Positions 9,720 through 18,949 of a stretch of 64,000 bases of DNA are shown piece by piece (position 1 is the stretch's first letter; each line of letters opens with the position of its first letter). The notes under the pieces are model-generated. The model was not told the DNA's origin and ran no database searches. It worked only from the letters and a program-made list of their open reading frames with translations. The translations under genes were made by a program, and so were the position numbers. Where the stretch lies: contig JAJFLE010000057.1 of the NCBI GenBank assembly GCA_021772835.1, positions 3,177-67,176 on the forward strand, read 5' to 3'. Source of the stretch: Mariprofundus sp. GTDB taxonomy: Bacteria; Pseudomonadota; Zetaproteobacteria; Mariprofundales; Mariprofundaceae.

Positions 9720-10025
9720 TTACTCTGGTGAATCATCGGGCAGTGTTGCACTGCCGGTTTCAGCTGCCAGCTTCAACATCAGAACCAGAGCCAATGCCGT
9801 GGCTGATACCGCGACCACAATGCCGGTGATGACCATGGCATGTGGCACCGCATCCGGCAGCGCATCGCCGCCACGCCTTGCCAGCGCCACCAGCACAAGT
9901 GAAACACCGCTTCCCATGATATTGATCGCCAAAATCTTGCGCAGCAAGTGGGCATGAACAATCAGGGCATGCAGCCCCAGCACAAACAGTCCAATGCCAG
10001 CCAGTGCAAAGCTAAAACTACTCAT
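9720..10025 (-). CDS. mrpC: Mrp/Mnh subunit C (NuoK-like)
   Basis: Start moved to the ATG at 10025, which overlaps the upstream TAG by 8 nt. The product is ~101 aa with 3 TM: MSSFSFALAGIGLFVLGLHALIVHAHLLRKILAINIMGSGVSLVLV. Confidence 0.85.
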   Translation of the reverse strand: MSSFSFALAGIGLFVLGLHALIVHAHLLRKILAINIMGSGVSLVLVALARRGGDALPDAVPHAMVITGIVVAVSATALALVLMLKLAAETGSATLPDDSPE

Positions 10026-10995
10026 GCTGCCCCTGACCCCCTGAAAACAGTGCCGCCAGTGTGACCGCAATGGAAAGCGCCGCCACCGTTTCAAGTAATA
10101 AAATCAGCGTGCCTGCATGCTCTGGTGGGAACTGCAACAACGCTCCTTCCGCGATTAAGCTGTATGCTGCCATAGACACAAATACCACAGGGCCTGCCAC
10201 CGCCAGCAGCCGCAGCCGCATGGCTGTTAGCAGGCGGTGTAGCGGCCATCCGGCCAACAGCAGCAACACGCAAGCTGCAGCCAGCACGGAGCCCGCCTGA
10301 AAGGCGCCGCCGGGTGCATGGGCGCCTACCCACAACAGATAGGCAGCGACCATCATCAATACCGGCACCAACAGGTAAACCAGCGTATCGAGAACGGAAC
10401 TGGTAGTTTCAAGCGAGGTTTTGCCAATGGTTTCAATTGAGCGATTGAATTGAATCGATCCCATCGACCAGATTGCTATCAATGCCAAGAGCAATACAAA
10501 CACCTCCAGCAGCGTGTCGTATGCCCGGAAGTTGAGCAGCACCGCTGTTACCGGATTACTCACCCCGCTGGCTGCAAGGTTTGCATTGATTTCAGCGCTT
10601 AGTCCGACCGCGTTGCCTGGCAGGGATAACACGCCATAAACAAGACCAAACAACACAGGCAGCAGCAAAATTGCTGACAGCCACTGCACAAGCCTAGCAT
10701 CGATGTTATTCGGAGCTTCTTCTACGCCTGTATTGCTCGTTACATTGCCCTCCATGCCGCGCAGTCGTGCCAGTGCCGCCAACAGCAGCGCACCGGATAA
10801 CCCGGCACCGATGGCTGCTTCAGCAAGCGCGATATCCGGCGCCTCCAGCCTGACCCACACCAGTGCCATAAGCAGGCCAAAGGCAATGAACAGTGCAATA
10901 GCGCTGAACAGATCGGTAGAATTCAATGCTTTCCATGCCAGCCCCAGCAGCCCCAACAGCAACAGTCCATCAAAACCCCATGCCAGCAACGTCAT
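10018..10995 (-). CDS. mrpB: fused MbhD/DUF4040-like + MnhB-domain subunit (MrpA C-terminal-like + MrpB)
   Basis: Start moved to the ATG at 10995 (ATGA overlap with the mrpG stop). The N-terminal half, MTLLAWGFDGLLLLGLLGLAWKAL...AIGAGLSGALLLAAL, resembles DUF4040. The C-terminal half carries the MnhB signature NPVTAVLLNFRAYDTLLEVFVLL. Confidence 0.8.
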   Translation of the reverse strand: MTLLAWGFDGLLLLGLLGLAWKALNSTDLFSAIALFIAFGLLMALVWVRLEAPDIALAEAAIGAGLSGALLLAALARLRGMEGNVTSNTGVEEAPNNIDARLVQWLSAILLLPVLFGLVYGVLSLPGNAVGLSAEINANLAASGVSNPVTAVLLNFRAYDTLLEVFVLLLALIAIWSMGSIQFNRSIETIGKTSLETTSSVLDTLVYLLVPVLMMVAAYLLWVGAHAPGGAFQAGSVLAAACVLLLLAGWPLHRLLTAMRLRLLAVAGPVVFVSMAAYSLIAEGALLQFPPEHAGTLILLLETVAALSIAVTLAALFSGGQGQHE

Positions 10996-11294
10996 GACTT
11001 CCACGGTCGAATCCCCCGCTTTAATGCGCCATTTGCAACCAGATAGGAGACACTGGCTCCGGCAAGCAGCACCAGCAACCAGATCAAGACCAGCTTGCCT
11101 GCCACCGCCCATGACTCCGCCTGCAGGGCCAGTCCGGCTATGATCAAGCCTAAGCCGACATTGTCAGCCTTGGTCAGTGCATGCAGACGGGTATAGACGT
11201 CAGGAAAACGCAACAGTCCCAGTGTTCCGGCCAGAAAAAACACAGCCCCGGCAATCAGAAGAAGTACGGAGAAGAGATCAATCACTGCGATCAT
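10992..11294 (-). CDS. mrpG: Mrp/Mnh subunit G
   Basis: Carries LRFPDVYTRLHALTKADNVG, the PhaG/MnhG/YufB signature. 100 aa. It overlaps mrpF by 17 nt. Confidence 0.88.
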   Translation of the reverse strand: MIAVIDLFSVLLLIAGAVFFLAGTLGLLRFPDVYTRLHALTKADNVGLGLIIAGLALQAESWAVAGKLVLIWLLVLLAGASVSYLVANGALKRGIRPWKS

Positions 11295-11553
11295 CTACCT
11301 GTTCCGGCCATGCACGGCGAACAAAAGCCACCGCCGTTACTGCGGCCAACAGGGCAAACACCAGTGCCACATCACGCAGCGCAGGATTATCGTACGTTTC
11401 AGCCAGCAACAGCAGGATGGCTACCGCAGTGGTGCCGAATAACTGTGCTGCCAGCATGCGATCTGCAGCTGTTGGCCCGCGCAGCACACGCCACATGCCG
11501 GCAATAAGCGTGCATAGCAAAAACAGGGCGACGGCGAGGAACAATAGCTGCAT
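11278..11553 (-). CDS. mrpF: Mrp/Mnh subunit F
   Basis: Carries WRVLRGPTAADRMLAAQL, the MrpF/PhaF signature. 91 aa with 3 TM. Confidence 0.88.
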   Translation of the reverse strand: MQLLFLAVALFLLCTLIAGMWRVLRGPTAADRMLAAQLFGTTAVAILLLLAETYDNPALRDVALVFALLAAVTAVAFVRRAWPEQVDDRSD

Positions 11554-11562
11554 AGCCAGCTG

Positions 11563-12543
11563 TCACTCCTCCAGCGTTACCGGGGTGACAAACTCGGGTG
11601 GCTTCACGGCTAGTACTGAGCAATCAATGCTATTGAGTATCTCTTCGGCAGTATTACCCATGATGAACCCGGGTATGCCGGTGCGACCAACAGTTCCCAT
11701 AACGATAAGGTCTGCCTTAATTTTTTTAGCCTGTTTCGGGATGACTGCTCGTGCCCAGCCTTTCACTACATGTACCTCGGGTTTGAGGTAATCGACAGCA
11801 TTGTCTGACTGGCCACTGGCCATTTCATCCAGAAATGCAGCCATACTGTGCTCTTCGCTCTTCTTGACCTGCTTAATGTATGCTTTGATCTCATCCTCTG
11901 GTGTTCGCATGAAGTGGCCACGCATTGCGCTTTCCCCAATAGCATCCCAGGCATGCACAAGGTGCAGTTCAGCAAAATCAGAGAGCGCCAGTGAGCTGGC
12001 CATTTCAAACACCTGCCGGTTCAGCGCCTGTCTGGAATCAAGCTCATGCGACGGGTAAGCATCACCCACATCAACTGCTGCCAGAATACAGCGCCATGAT
12101 TTCTTCGCCTCTGGCTTGATCAGCCAGACCGGACACGGGCATTTGCGCAATAAATGCATATCGTTGCTACCAAAGAGCCTGTGCAACCACGTATGGCTAT
12201 CCGGCGTTTTAATGACCAGGTCATGGCCGTTGCGTAGCACCTCTCTGATGATTTGCAGAAAAGGTACGCCGTTCAATATTCGAGTTGAGATGTCGACATG
12301 GGCTCTAAAGGGATCAAGCAACGTATCCAGAGCCTGCTCATGCGCCTGCTTTACAGCGGCTTGCAAGTCAGCGGGTGACGGACCATCTTCTGGCAGCCTG
12401 ATTCGCCCTTCGATCTGCTTGCCAACGATGGCAACGGTCAGGTTGGCCTGATTACTCTCAGCCAAAGCCACTGCACGTTTAAGGGCTGGCTCGCATGCTG
12501 TGTCTATATCCACTACACATAATATGTTCTTGAATCGTTTCAT
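11563..12543 (-). CDS. tandem universal stress protein (2 x USP domains) embedded in the mrp operon
   Basis: Start moved to the ATG at 12543, with GGAGG 8 nt upstream and 1 nt after the mrpE TAG. The N-terminus is MKRFKNILCVVDIDT. A second USP repeat begins at WRCILAAVDVGD and ends with ADLIVMGTVGRTGIPGFIMGNTAEEILNSIDCSVLAVKP (ATP-binding G-2x-G-9x-G(S/T)-type motif). Confidence 0.85.
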   Translation of the reverse strand: MKRFKNILCVVDIDTACEPALKRAVALAESNQANLTVAIVGKQIEGRIRLPEDGPSPADLQAAVKQAHEQALDTLLDPFRAHVDISTRILNGVPFLQIIREVLRNGHDLVIKTPDSHTWLHRLFGSNDMHLLRKCPCPVWLIKPEAKKSWRCILAAVDVGDAYPSHELDSRQALNRQVFEMASSLALSDFAELHLVHAWDAIGESAMRGHFMRTPEDEIKAYIKQVKKSEEHSMAAFLDEMASGQSDNAVDYLKPEVHVVKGWARAVIPKQAKKIKADLIVMGTVGRTGIPGFIMGNTAEEILNSIDCSVLAVKPPEFVTPVTLEE

Positions 12544-12544
12544 C

Positions 12545-13054
12545 CTATTGACCTCCTTCAGACGCCTGCAAACCCATAACAAATATTCGGGCCACATGTT
12601 GCTCCACCTCTGCAAGCTCCGGATAAATATCATTCCGGCAATCCAGAACGTGCACGGTGAGGATATCCTGGTTGATTCCAGCACTTAATGTGCCGGGTAG
12701 CAAACTTGCAATATTCGCCATCAATACGCGCGGCAATCCTGGTGGTATGCGCAGCGGATATTCAATGAACGCTGGCGCAATGGGTAACATCGGATGATAC
12801 GCACGCCGTGCAACATCGATGCCGCCTAACAAAGAGCGCATGAAAAAAAAGGGTATGAATTTTAGTATCGCATAGCCATTCATCTGCACAGGCAAACCCA
12901 GCCGGATACTCACCCATACTGCCAGCACCACCGCAGGCACACCTATCCACCAGGAGTGAATATTACCATCAGTGAGAATCCACCAGATCAGACTGAATAC
13001 GATGACGCATACAAGAATCGACATCATGCCGGTTTTTAGATATTTCGTCCTCAT
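12545..13054 (-). CDS. mrpE: Mrp/Mnh subunit E
   Basis: 169 aa with two N-terminal TMs, then ...LANIASLLPGTLSAG...VHVLD, typical of the MNHE family. Confidence 0.8.
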   Translation of the reverse strand: MRTKYLKTGMMSILVCVIVFSLIWWILTDGNIHSWWIGVPAVVLAVWVSIRLGLPVQMNGYAILKFIPFFFMRSLLGGIDVARRAYHPMLPIAPAFIEYPLRIPPGLPRVLMANIASLLPGTLSAGINQDILTVHVLDCRNDIYPELAEVEQHVARIFVMGLQASEGGQ

Positions 13055-13109
13055 ATGTAACCTTTATGGTTCATATCTGGTTTCATCAGTGGGTGCATTT
13101 ATAGTCCTG

Positions 13110-15830
13110 TCATGAATCTGTACTGGTTCGTTTTTCCTTATAATAACGAATCAGGAATTTTTCTGTTTCCACCAGAAAAAGAACGGATGACCCAATGGCT
13201 ATAATTCTCACCCAGGCCTCAACACTGATTCCTGTGGTTGCGAAGAGTGTCTGCATGGGAGCAAGGTAAGTAAAGCCCAGTTGGAAGATCACCAATAGCC
13301 CAATGGCATAAAGCACATAACGGTTCCCTGTCAGTCCTTCATAGCTAAGTGATGGAGCATGGAGATAACGTGCACTAAACAGATAAAATATCTCGAACAT
13401 GACAAGCGTATTCACTGCAATGGTGCGAGCTTCTTCAATCGAAGTTCCGTTTCCCCTTTCCCACAAGAACAGGCCAAAGGTTCCGATCAGAATGATCAGC
13501 GAGACAAAGGTTACCCGCCAGATAAGGAACCCGGAGAGTATAGGTTCGTTTGGGTTGCGCGGGGGGCGCTGCATGACATTTCGTTCAGCGGGTTCAAACG
13601 CGAGGGTCAAAGCCAATGTGACGGCCGTTATCATATTAACCCAAAGAATTTGCGCTGGAGTAATGGGGAGCATGCGACCCATGACAATCGCTGCGATGAT
13701 GATAAGTGCCTCCCCACCATTGGTTGGAAGTACAAAAAGTATAGATTTTTTCAGGTTATCATAGACCGTCCTACCCTCTTCAACAGCATGTGCGATGGAG
13801 GCAAAATTATCATCGGCGAGCACCATTTCTGCTGCCTCCTTGGCAACCTCAGTACCCTTGAATCCCATGGCAACACCAACATCGGCTCGTTTCAGGGCAG
13901 GCGCATCATTAACACCATCGCCTGTCATGGCAACCACTTCACCCGTGGCCTGCAGTGCTGTTACCAGCTGTAGTTTCTGTTCCGGTGATACACGGGCAAA
14001 AATATCACAGCGTTGTACAGCATCCTGCATCTGTTTGTCGTTGTAAGCTTCCAGTTCGGCCCCTGTGATGACTTCCACGCCATTGCCTATGCCCATCTGG
14101 GTGCCAATAGCACGGGCAGTAATAGCATGGTCACCGGTGATCATTTTGACACGAATACCGGCAGCCTGGCAGTTGTGCACTGATCGGGTGGCCTCCTCAC
14201 GTGGCGGATCAATGATTCCTACGATACCAAGCAGGGTAAAACCGTTCTCTACATCATGAAAATCAAGCTCTTTTTTCTCGGCAGGAGCTGCCTTGAGTGC
14301 AATAGCCAGCAACCTCTGCCCCTTGGAGGCCATGGTATCCATGCAGTCCTCCCAATAGGGCTTGTCGAGAGCTATATCTTCATCTTGGCTGCGTTGCAGC
14401 GTACACATCTCCAAAATCCGTTCCGGGGCACCTTTCAGATAAATAAAGCCATGGCCTGTGTGATCATGGTGCAGCGTAGCCATGAAGCGGTGTTGCGATT
14501 CAAAAGGGATGCCATCTGTACGCGGGAGTTGACGATGACAATCACGTTGCTCAAAACCTGCTTTAAGCGCCAGCGTCACCAAAGCGCCTTCAGTAGGGTC
14601 GCCCTGTATTCGCCACTGCCCGTCTGCCTCAGACAGCGTAGCGTCATTACACAGCAGTGCAGCCTGAGCCACTTCTTGCAGCAATGGGAACTCTTCTGGT
14701 GTCATATTCTGGCCGTCGCGACTGAAAGCCCCATGCGGGGCATATCCGACACCGCTAACTTCACATGACCCGACACTGGTGGTCAGGCTCTGCACAGTCA
14801 TTTCATTGCGTGTGAGTGTACCCGTTTTATCAGAACAGATTACAGTAACCGAACCAAGCGTTTCAACCGCAGGTAGACGGCGAATGATGGCATTTTTTTT
14901 CGCCATGCGCTGCACCCCGATGGCAAGCGTAATGGTCATAATTGCAGGTAAACCTTCAGGAATACCTGCCACAGCAAGACCCACAGCAGCCAGGAACATA
15001 TCACCGATAGAATAGTCATGAAAAAGTACGCCATAAGCGAAAGTAGTCGCCGCAATCACAGCGATGGCGATAGTTAGCCACTTGGCAAATATCGCCATCT
15101 GCTGCAACAGTGGTGTGGTGAGCACCTGAACCTGACTTAGCATGCCACTGATACGGCCGATTTCAGTGCTGTCGCCTGTTTCCACCACAACCCCCTGCCC
15201 CTGACCATACGTAACCAGTGTGCCAGAATAGGCCAAGCATTTGCGATCACCGATGCTGGCATGTTCGGATGCGACCCCAATGTTTTTTTCAACAGGTACC
15301 GATTCGCCGGTAAGCATCGCCTCTTCGATGCGCAGTTCACGAACCTTGAACAGGCGCAAATCCGCCGGGACTTTATCTCCAGACTGGAGCAGAACAACAT
15401 CGCCAGGAACCAGCTGATCTGCCGGGATTGCTATGAATGCCCCATCACGTTTTACCATCGCCTGCAGTGAAAGCATATTGCGGATGGCATCCAAAGATTT
15501 TTCTGCTTTGCCCTCCTGGATGAATCCGATAATGGCATTAATTACCACCACACCCACAATCACACCGCTATCCACCCAGTGGCCAAGCAGGGCGGTGACA
15601 ACACCTGCCCCTATCAACACATAGATAAGAAGGTTGTGAAACTGAGCAAGGAACCGTGCCAACGGGCTAATCTTTTTCGCAGGTCGCAACCTGTTTGGCC
15701 CGTACTCCTGCAAACGATCTTGAGCATTTTTTTGTGAAAGACCATCCACTGATGAAGAAATCTTCTTTAGTGCATCTCCAGCTTCGAGCGCATGCCAATT
15801 GCTTATTCTAGAATCACCGGAATCAATCAT
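13110..15830 (-). CDS. cation-translocating P-type ATPase (type II, PEGLP class)
   Basis: 906 aa. Motifs: TGES, PEGLPAIMT, CSDKTGTLT, MITGDH and TGDGVNDAPALKRADVG. It sits 55 nt upstream of mrpE on the same strand. Confidence 0.92.
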   Translation of the reverse strand: MIDSGDSRISNWHALEAGDALKKISSSVDGLSQKNAQDRLQEYGPNRLRPAKKISPLARFLAQFHNLLIYVLIGAGVVTALLGHWVDSGVIVGVVVINAIIGFIQEGKAEKSLDAIRNMLSLQAMVKRDGAFIAIPADQLVPGDVVLLQSGDKVPADLRLFKVRELRIEEAMLTGESVPVEKNIGVASEHASIGDRKCLAYSGTLVTYGQGQGVVVETGDSTEIGRISGMLSQVQVLTTPLLQQMAIFAKWLTIAIAVIAATTFAYGVLFHDYSIGDMFLAAVGLAVAGIPEGLPAIMTITLAIGVQRMAKKNAIIRRLPAVETLGSVTVICSDKTGTLTRNEMTVQSLTTSVGSCEVSGVGYAPHGAFSRDGQNMTPEEFPLLQEVAQAALLCNDATLSEADGQWRIQGDPTEGALVTLALKAGFEQRDCHRQLPRTDGIPFESQHRFMATLHHDHTGHGFIYLKGAPERILEMCTLQRSQDEDIALDKPYWEDCMDTMASKGQRLLAIALKAAPAEKKELDFHDVENGFTLLGIVGIIDPPREEATRSVHNCQAAGIRVKMITGDHAITARAIGTQMGIGNGVEVITGAELEAYNDKQMQDAVQRCDIFARVSPEQKLQLVTALQATGEVVAMTGDGVNDAPALKRADVGVAMGFKGTEVAKEAAEMVLADDNFASIAHAVEEGRTVYDNLKKSILFVLPTNGGEALIIIAAIVMGRMLPITPAQILWVNMITAVTLALTLAFEPAERNVMQRPPRNPNEPILSGFLIWRVTFVSLIILIGTFGLFLWERGNGTSIEEARTIAVNTLVMFEIFYLFSARYLHAPSLSYEGLTGNRYVLYAIGLLVIFQLGFTYLAPMQTLFATTGISVEAWVRIIAIGSSVLFLVETEKFLIRYYKEKRTSTDS

Positions 15831-16073
15831 TATGATGACCTCTCTAAGGAAATATTATAGTCAACCAGCTATAGCAAATCACCAAATATGTCTGGCTTTA
15901 CGAAATAATTTTTCCAGACTATGCAATAATCAGAAGCGCTCTCTGCCCTGCAGCTTTCCCCGACTTGACTTATTAGCCCCGAGAGTCGGCTAACACGGCT
16001 TCAATACCACCACAGAAGATTCACGCTTAATGTCTCAGACAGGAATCTTTTCCGCGAATGCGTCATGAACCAC

Positions 16074-16100
16074 AAAAAAAGCCGCCATCAGGCGGCTTTT
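16074..16100 (-). terminator. rho-independent terminator downstream of iscA (bidirectional shape)
   Basis: GCCGCC-ATCA-GGCGGC stem-loop (16081-16096), flanked by A7 on one side and T4CT3 on the other. On the minus strand the stem is followed by T7. Confidence 0.8.
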
Positions 16101-16122
16101 CTTTGAGGAGAGAAAATGAATG

Positions 16123-16449
16123 TTAAACGGAGAAGGAGACGCCACAACCGCAGGCACCTTTTTCATTTGGATTGTTATAAACAAATGCCGATGACATCAT
16201 ATCCTGCTGAAAATCAAGCTGCAGCCCGCGCAATGCGCTTGCATAAGAATCGGCATCCAGATACAAGTTAAAATCATCAAATGGCTGCACCAGATCGCCT
16301 TCCTGTGCCGCATCCACTGTTTCCATCACATATTCCAAGCCTGAACATCCTGCAGCTTTTACCGCCAGCCTGAGTGCAGGTTTCCCTTCTGCTGTGAGAA
16401 TAGCTTTCACGCGCTGTTGTGCCGCCGGTGTCAATTCGATATCGATCAT
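16123..16449 (-). CDS. iscA: IscA/ErpA/HesB-family Fe-S cluster insertion protein
   Basis: 108 aa with ...AAGCSGLEY... and the C-terminal GACGCGVSFSV cysteine signature. Confidence 0.9.
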   Translation of the reverse strand: MIDIELTPAAQQRVKAILTAEGKPALRLAVKAAGCSGLEYVMETVDAAQEGDLVQPFDDFNLYLDADSYASALRGLQLDFQQDMMSSAFVYNNPNEKGACGCGVSFSV

Positions 16450-17594
16450 ACTGCCATACCCGCCATCTGTTTGAGTCTCTGAAACACTGTCACCAGCGCA
16501 TCCACTAAAGCAATTGCATCATCTTCACTGTTACCCGGCCCAAAGCTGACCCTAATGGAGCTGCGCGCCATCTGCTCGCTCAACCCCATCGCCATCAGCA
16601 CGTGTGAAGGGTCTAGTTTGCCAGATGCACATGCCGAACCTGATGCTACGGCAAAACCGGCCAGATCCAGCTGCATCAGCAGCGTTTCTCCGTCCATGCC
16701 CGGCAGCATGACAAGGCTGGTGTTCGGTGTACGCTCGACATCCTTGGCGATGATAGATGCCAAAGGCAAACGTTCAGACAGCTCTTTCTCAAACCGATCA
16801 CGTATCACTGCAAATGATTCAAAATCGACCTCACCGAGAGCTGCCGCAAAACCGGCTATACCCGGCACATTTTCAGTTCCCGAACGTCGTCCACGCTCCT
16901 GACCACCGCCGGGGGTCAATTCCAGAAGCTTCACGCCACGACGTACAAGCAGCAGACCTACGCCTTTTGGACCACCAATTTTATGCGCCGACAGACTCAT
17001 GAAATCCACACCCAGTGATTTGAAACTCAGCGCCTTTTTACCCAGCCCCTGCACAGCATCAACCAGCATACGTATGCCATGCTCCCTGCAATAATCCGCC
17101 ACCTGCTGCACAGGCTGTACAGCTCCGCTCTCATTGTTGGCCAACATCATGCAAACCAGACGTGTATCTTCGTGGATTGCAGCAATCATATGCTCGGCAC
17201 TGACCACGCCACTGGCTTCGGGGCGAACCTGAGTTACTGACCATCCCTGCGCTTTCGCCGTGTCAGTTGAAAACCGTTCCAGCGGCTTGAGCACTGCAGG
17301 GTGCTCGATAGCTGTAGTTACAATAGCACCAGGCTCTGAGGCCGACAGTACGCTGTGAATGGCAATATTATTAGACTCGCTAGCACCGGAGGTAAAAACA
17401 ACACTGCCCGATTCCGCGCCTAGATATGCTGCCAGTTTATCGCGCGCATCATCAACATAGCGCCGTGCTGCGCGCCCTGCCCAGTGCAGACTCGATGGAT
17501 TGCCCGGCGCCTGAGTCGCCACCTGTTCAGCAGCGTCTAAAGCAACTCGCAGGGGAGGACATGTAGCATTAAAATCAAGATATCGTTGCAACAT
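16446..17594 (-). CDS. cysteine desulfurase (NifS/IscS-like, class V aminotransferase)
   Basis: PLP-lysine motif SLSAHKIGGPKGVG and active-site loop ASGSACASG. At 382 aa it is shorter than E. coli-type IscS. Confidence 0.9.
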   Translation of the reverse strand: MLQRYLDFNATCPPLRVALDAAEQVATQAPGNPSSLHWAGRAARRYVDDARDKLAAYLGAESGSVVFTSGASESNNIAIHSVLSASEPGAIVTTAIEHPAVLKPLERFSTDTAKAQGWSVTQVRPEASGVVSAEHMIAAIHEDTRLVCMMLANNESGAVQPVQQVADYCREHGIRMLVDAVQGLGKKALSFKSLGVDFMSLSAHKIGGPKGVGLLLVRRGVKLLELTPGGGQERGRRSGTENVPGIAGFAAALGEVDFESFAVIRDRFEKELSERLPLASIIAKDVERTPNTSLVMLPGMDGETLLMQLDLAGFAVASGSACASGKLDPSHVLMAMGLSEQMARSSIRVSFGPGNSEDDAIALVDALVTVFQRLKQMAGMAV

Positions 17595-18072
17595 CTACCT
17601 TCACTTCGGTGGGTTGTGGCTGGTTCAGGTAGTTCTCCACATCGCCGAGTACAACCTGATCAAGCTCAACACCACTGTTACATACCCTTTCAAGGCTGAC
17701 AGCATCAAGAAAACGGTAGATGTGATGCCCCAGAGATTCCCACAGCTGATGTGTGTCGCAACGGTTACCGCGATGACAACCGCGCACGCCATTCTCACAC
17801 ATGGTCGTGCGAACGGGCTCGTTTACCGCACGAATAATGTCGGCGACTGAAATATCGATCGCTTCCTTTGCCAGCAAATAACCGCCACCGGGTCCGCGCA
17901 CTGACTTAACCAACCCTGACTCTCGCAAGCGTCGGAACAATTGTTCAAGGTAGGAAAGAGAAATGAACTGGCGTTCAGAAATTGCAGCCAGGGTGACCGG
18001 GCCTTCTGTCTGCTGCTTGTTTAAATCTACCATTGCCGAAACGGCATAACGTCCTTTACTGGTTAAACGCAT
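17575..18072 (-). CDS. iscR: Rrf2-family regulator, IscR-like
   Basis: Start taken at MRLTSKGRYAVSAMVDL (ATG 18072). Cluster-ligand spacing CENGVRGCHRGNRCDTH (C-x6-C-x5-C-x2-H). Confidence 0.85.
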   Translation of the reverse strand: MRLTSKGRYAVSAMVDLNKQQTEGPVTLAAISERQFISLSYLEQLFRRLRESGLVKSVRGPGGGYLLAKEAIDISVADIIRAVNEPVRTTMCENGVRGCHRGNRCDTHQLWESLGHHIYRFLDAVSLERVCNSGVELDQVVLGDVENYLNQPQPTEVKVDVATIS

Positions 18073-18208
18073 GCTGACCTCCGTTGAGTAACCCACTAAA
18101 AGAGTCGGATATTACAATCCGGATCATTTTAGTCAAGTATAGATTACAGTGAGGTGAAAAGAGTGAACCTTAAGGCCAGTGCGGCCACTGCCACCTTATA
18201 CCTCTGCC

Positions 18209-18949
18209 TTATATTCCGCCGCCCAGGAAACGTTCCAGCTTCTCCTGCTCACTCAGACGGTCCTTATCAAGCTCATCGGATACCTTACCCTTCGTGCCTT
18301 TTGCATCGGGATGGAAGGTGTCAATGCGCGCATTTACATCATCGATCATCTTCAGAACATGGCCCAAAGCCTCAGAAACCGGGTTGGCCAGCAGATGATG
18401 ATCCAGGTTTATCTTCCCATCTTCAATCAGCGATTCGGTAGACCCCACCACGGTGCCGGGAATACCGACGACAGTCGAATGTTTCGGTACATCACGAAAG
18501 ACAACGGAATTCGCTCCGATACGGGATTGTTCACCGATAGTAATCGCCCCCAGCACTTTAGCTCCGGCACCGACGATCACGCCGTTTTCCAGAGTCGGGT
18601 GGCGCTTCACCTTTTCCCAGGTTGTGCCACCCAGCGTCACACCGTGATACAGGGTAACATCATCACCAATTTCAGTGGTTTCCCCGATCACGATGCCCAT
18701 GCCATGGTCGATAAAAAAGCGGCGGCCAATGGTAGCCCCCGGATGAATCTCAATACCGGTTAAAAAACGTGCTATATGTGATACAAAACGCCCCAGCCAG
18801 AGCAGCCGTGCATGCCACAGACTATGCGCAAGCCTGTGCATCCAGATCGCATGCAGACCCGGATAGCAGGTCAAAGCTTCCCATACCGAGCGGGTTGCCG
18901 GGTCACGATCAAAAGCAGTATGAATATCTTCGCGCATTCTATTTAACAT
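18209..18949 (-). CDS. cysE: serine O-acetyltransferase
   Basis: Carries DRDPATRS...[14 protein letters not shown]...[44 protein letters not shown] (hexapeptide repeats). Start taken at MLNRMREDI (18949). The alternative ATG at 19003 would overlap the upstream gene by 65 nt. Confidence 0.88.
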   Translation of the reverse strand: MLNRMREDIHTAFDRDPATRSVWEALTCYPGLHAIWMHRLAHSLWHARLLWLGRFVSHIARFLTGIEIHPGATIGRRFFIDHGMGIVIGETTEIGDDVTLYHGVTLGGTTWEKVKRHPTLENGVIVGAGAKVLGAITIGEQSRIGANSVVFRDVPKHSTVVGIPGTVVGSTESLIEDGKINLDHHLLANPVSEALGHVLKMIDDVNARIDTFHPDAKGTKGKVSDELDKDRLSEQEKLERFLGGGI

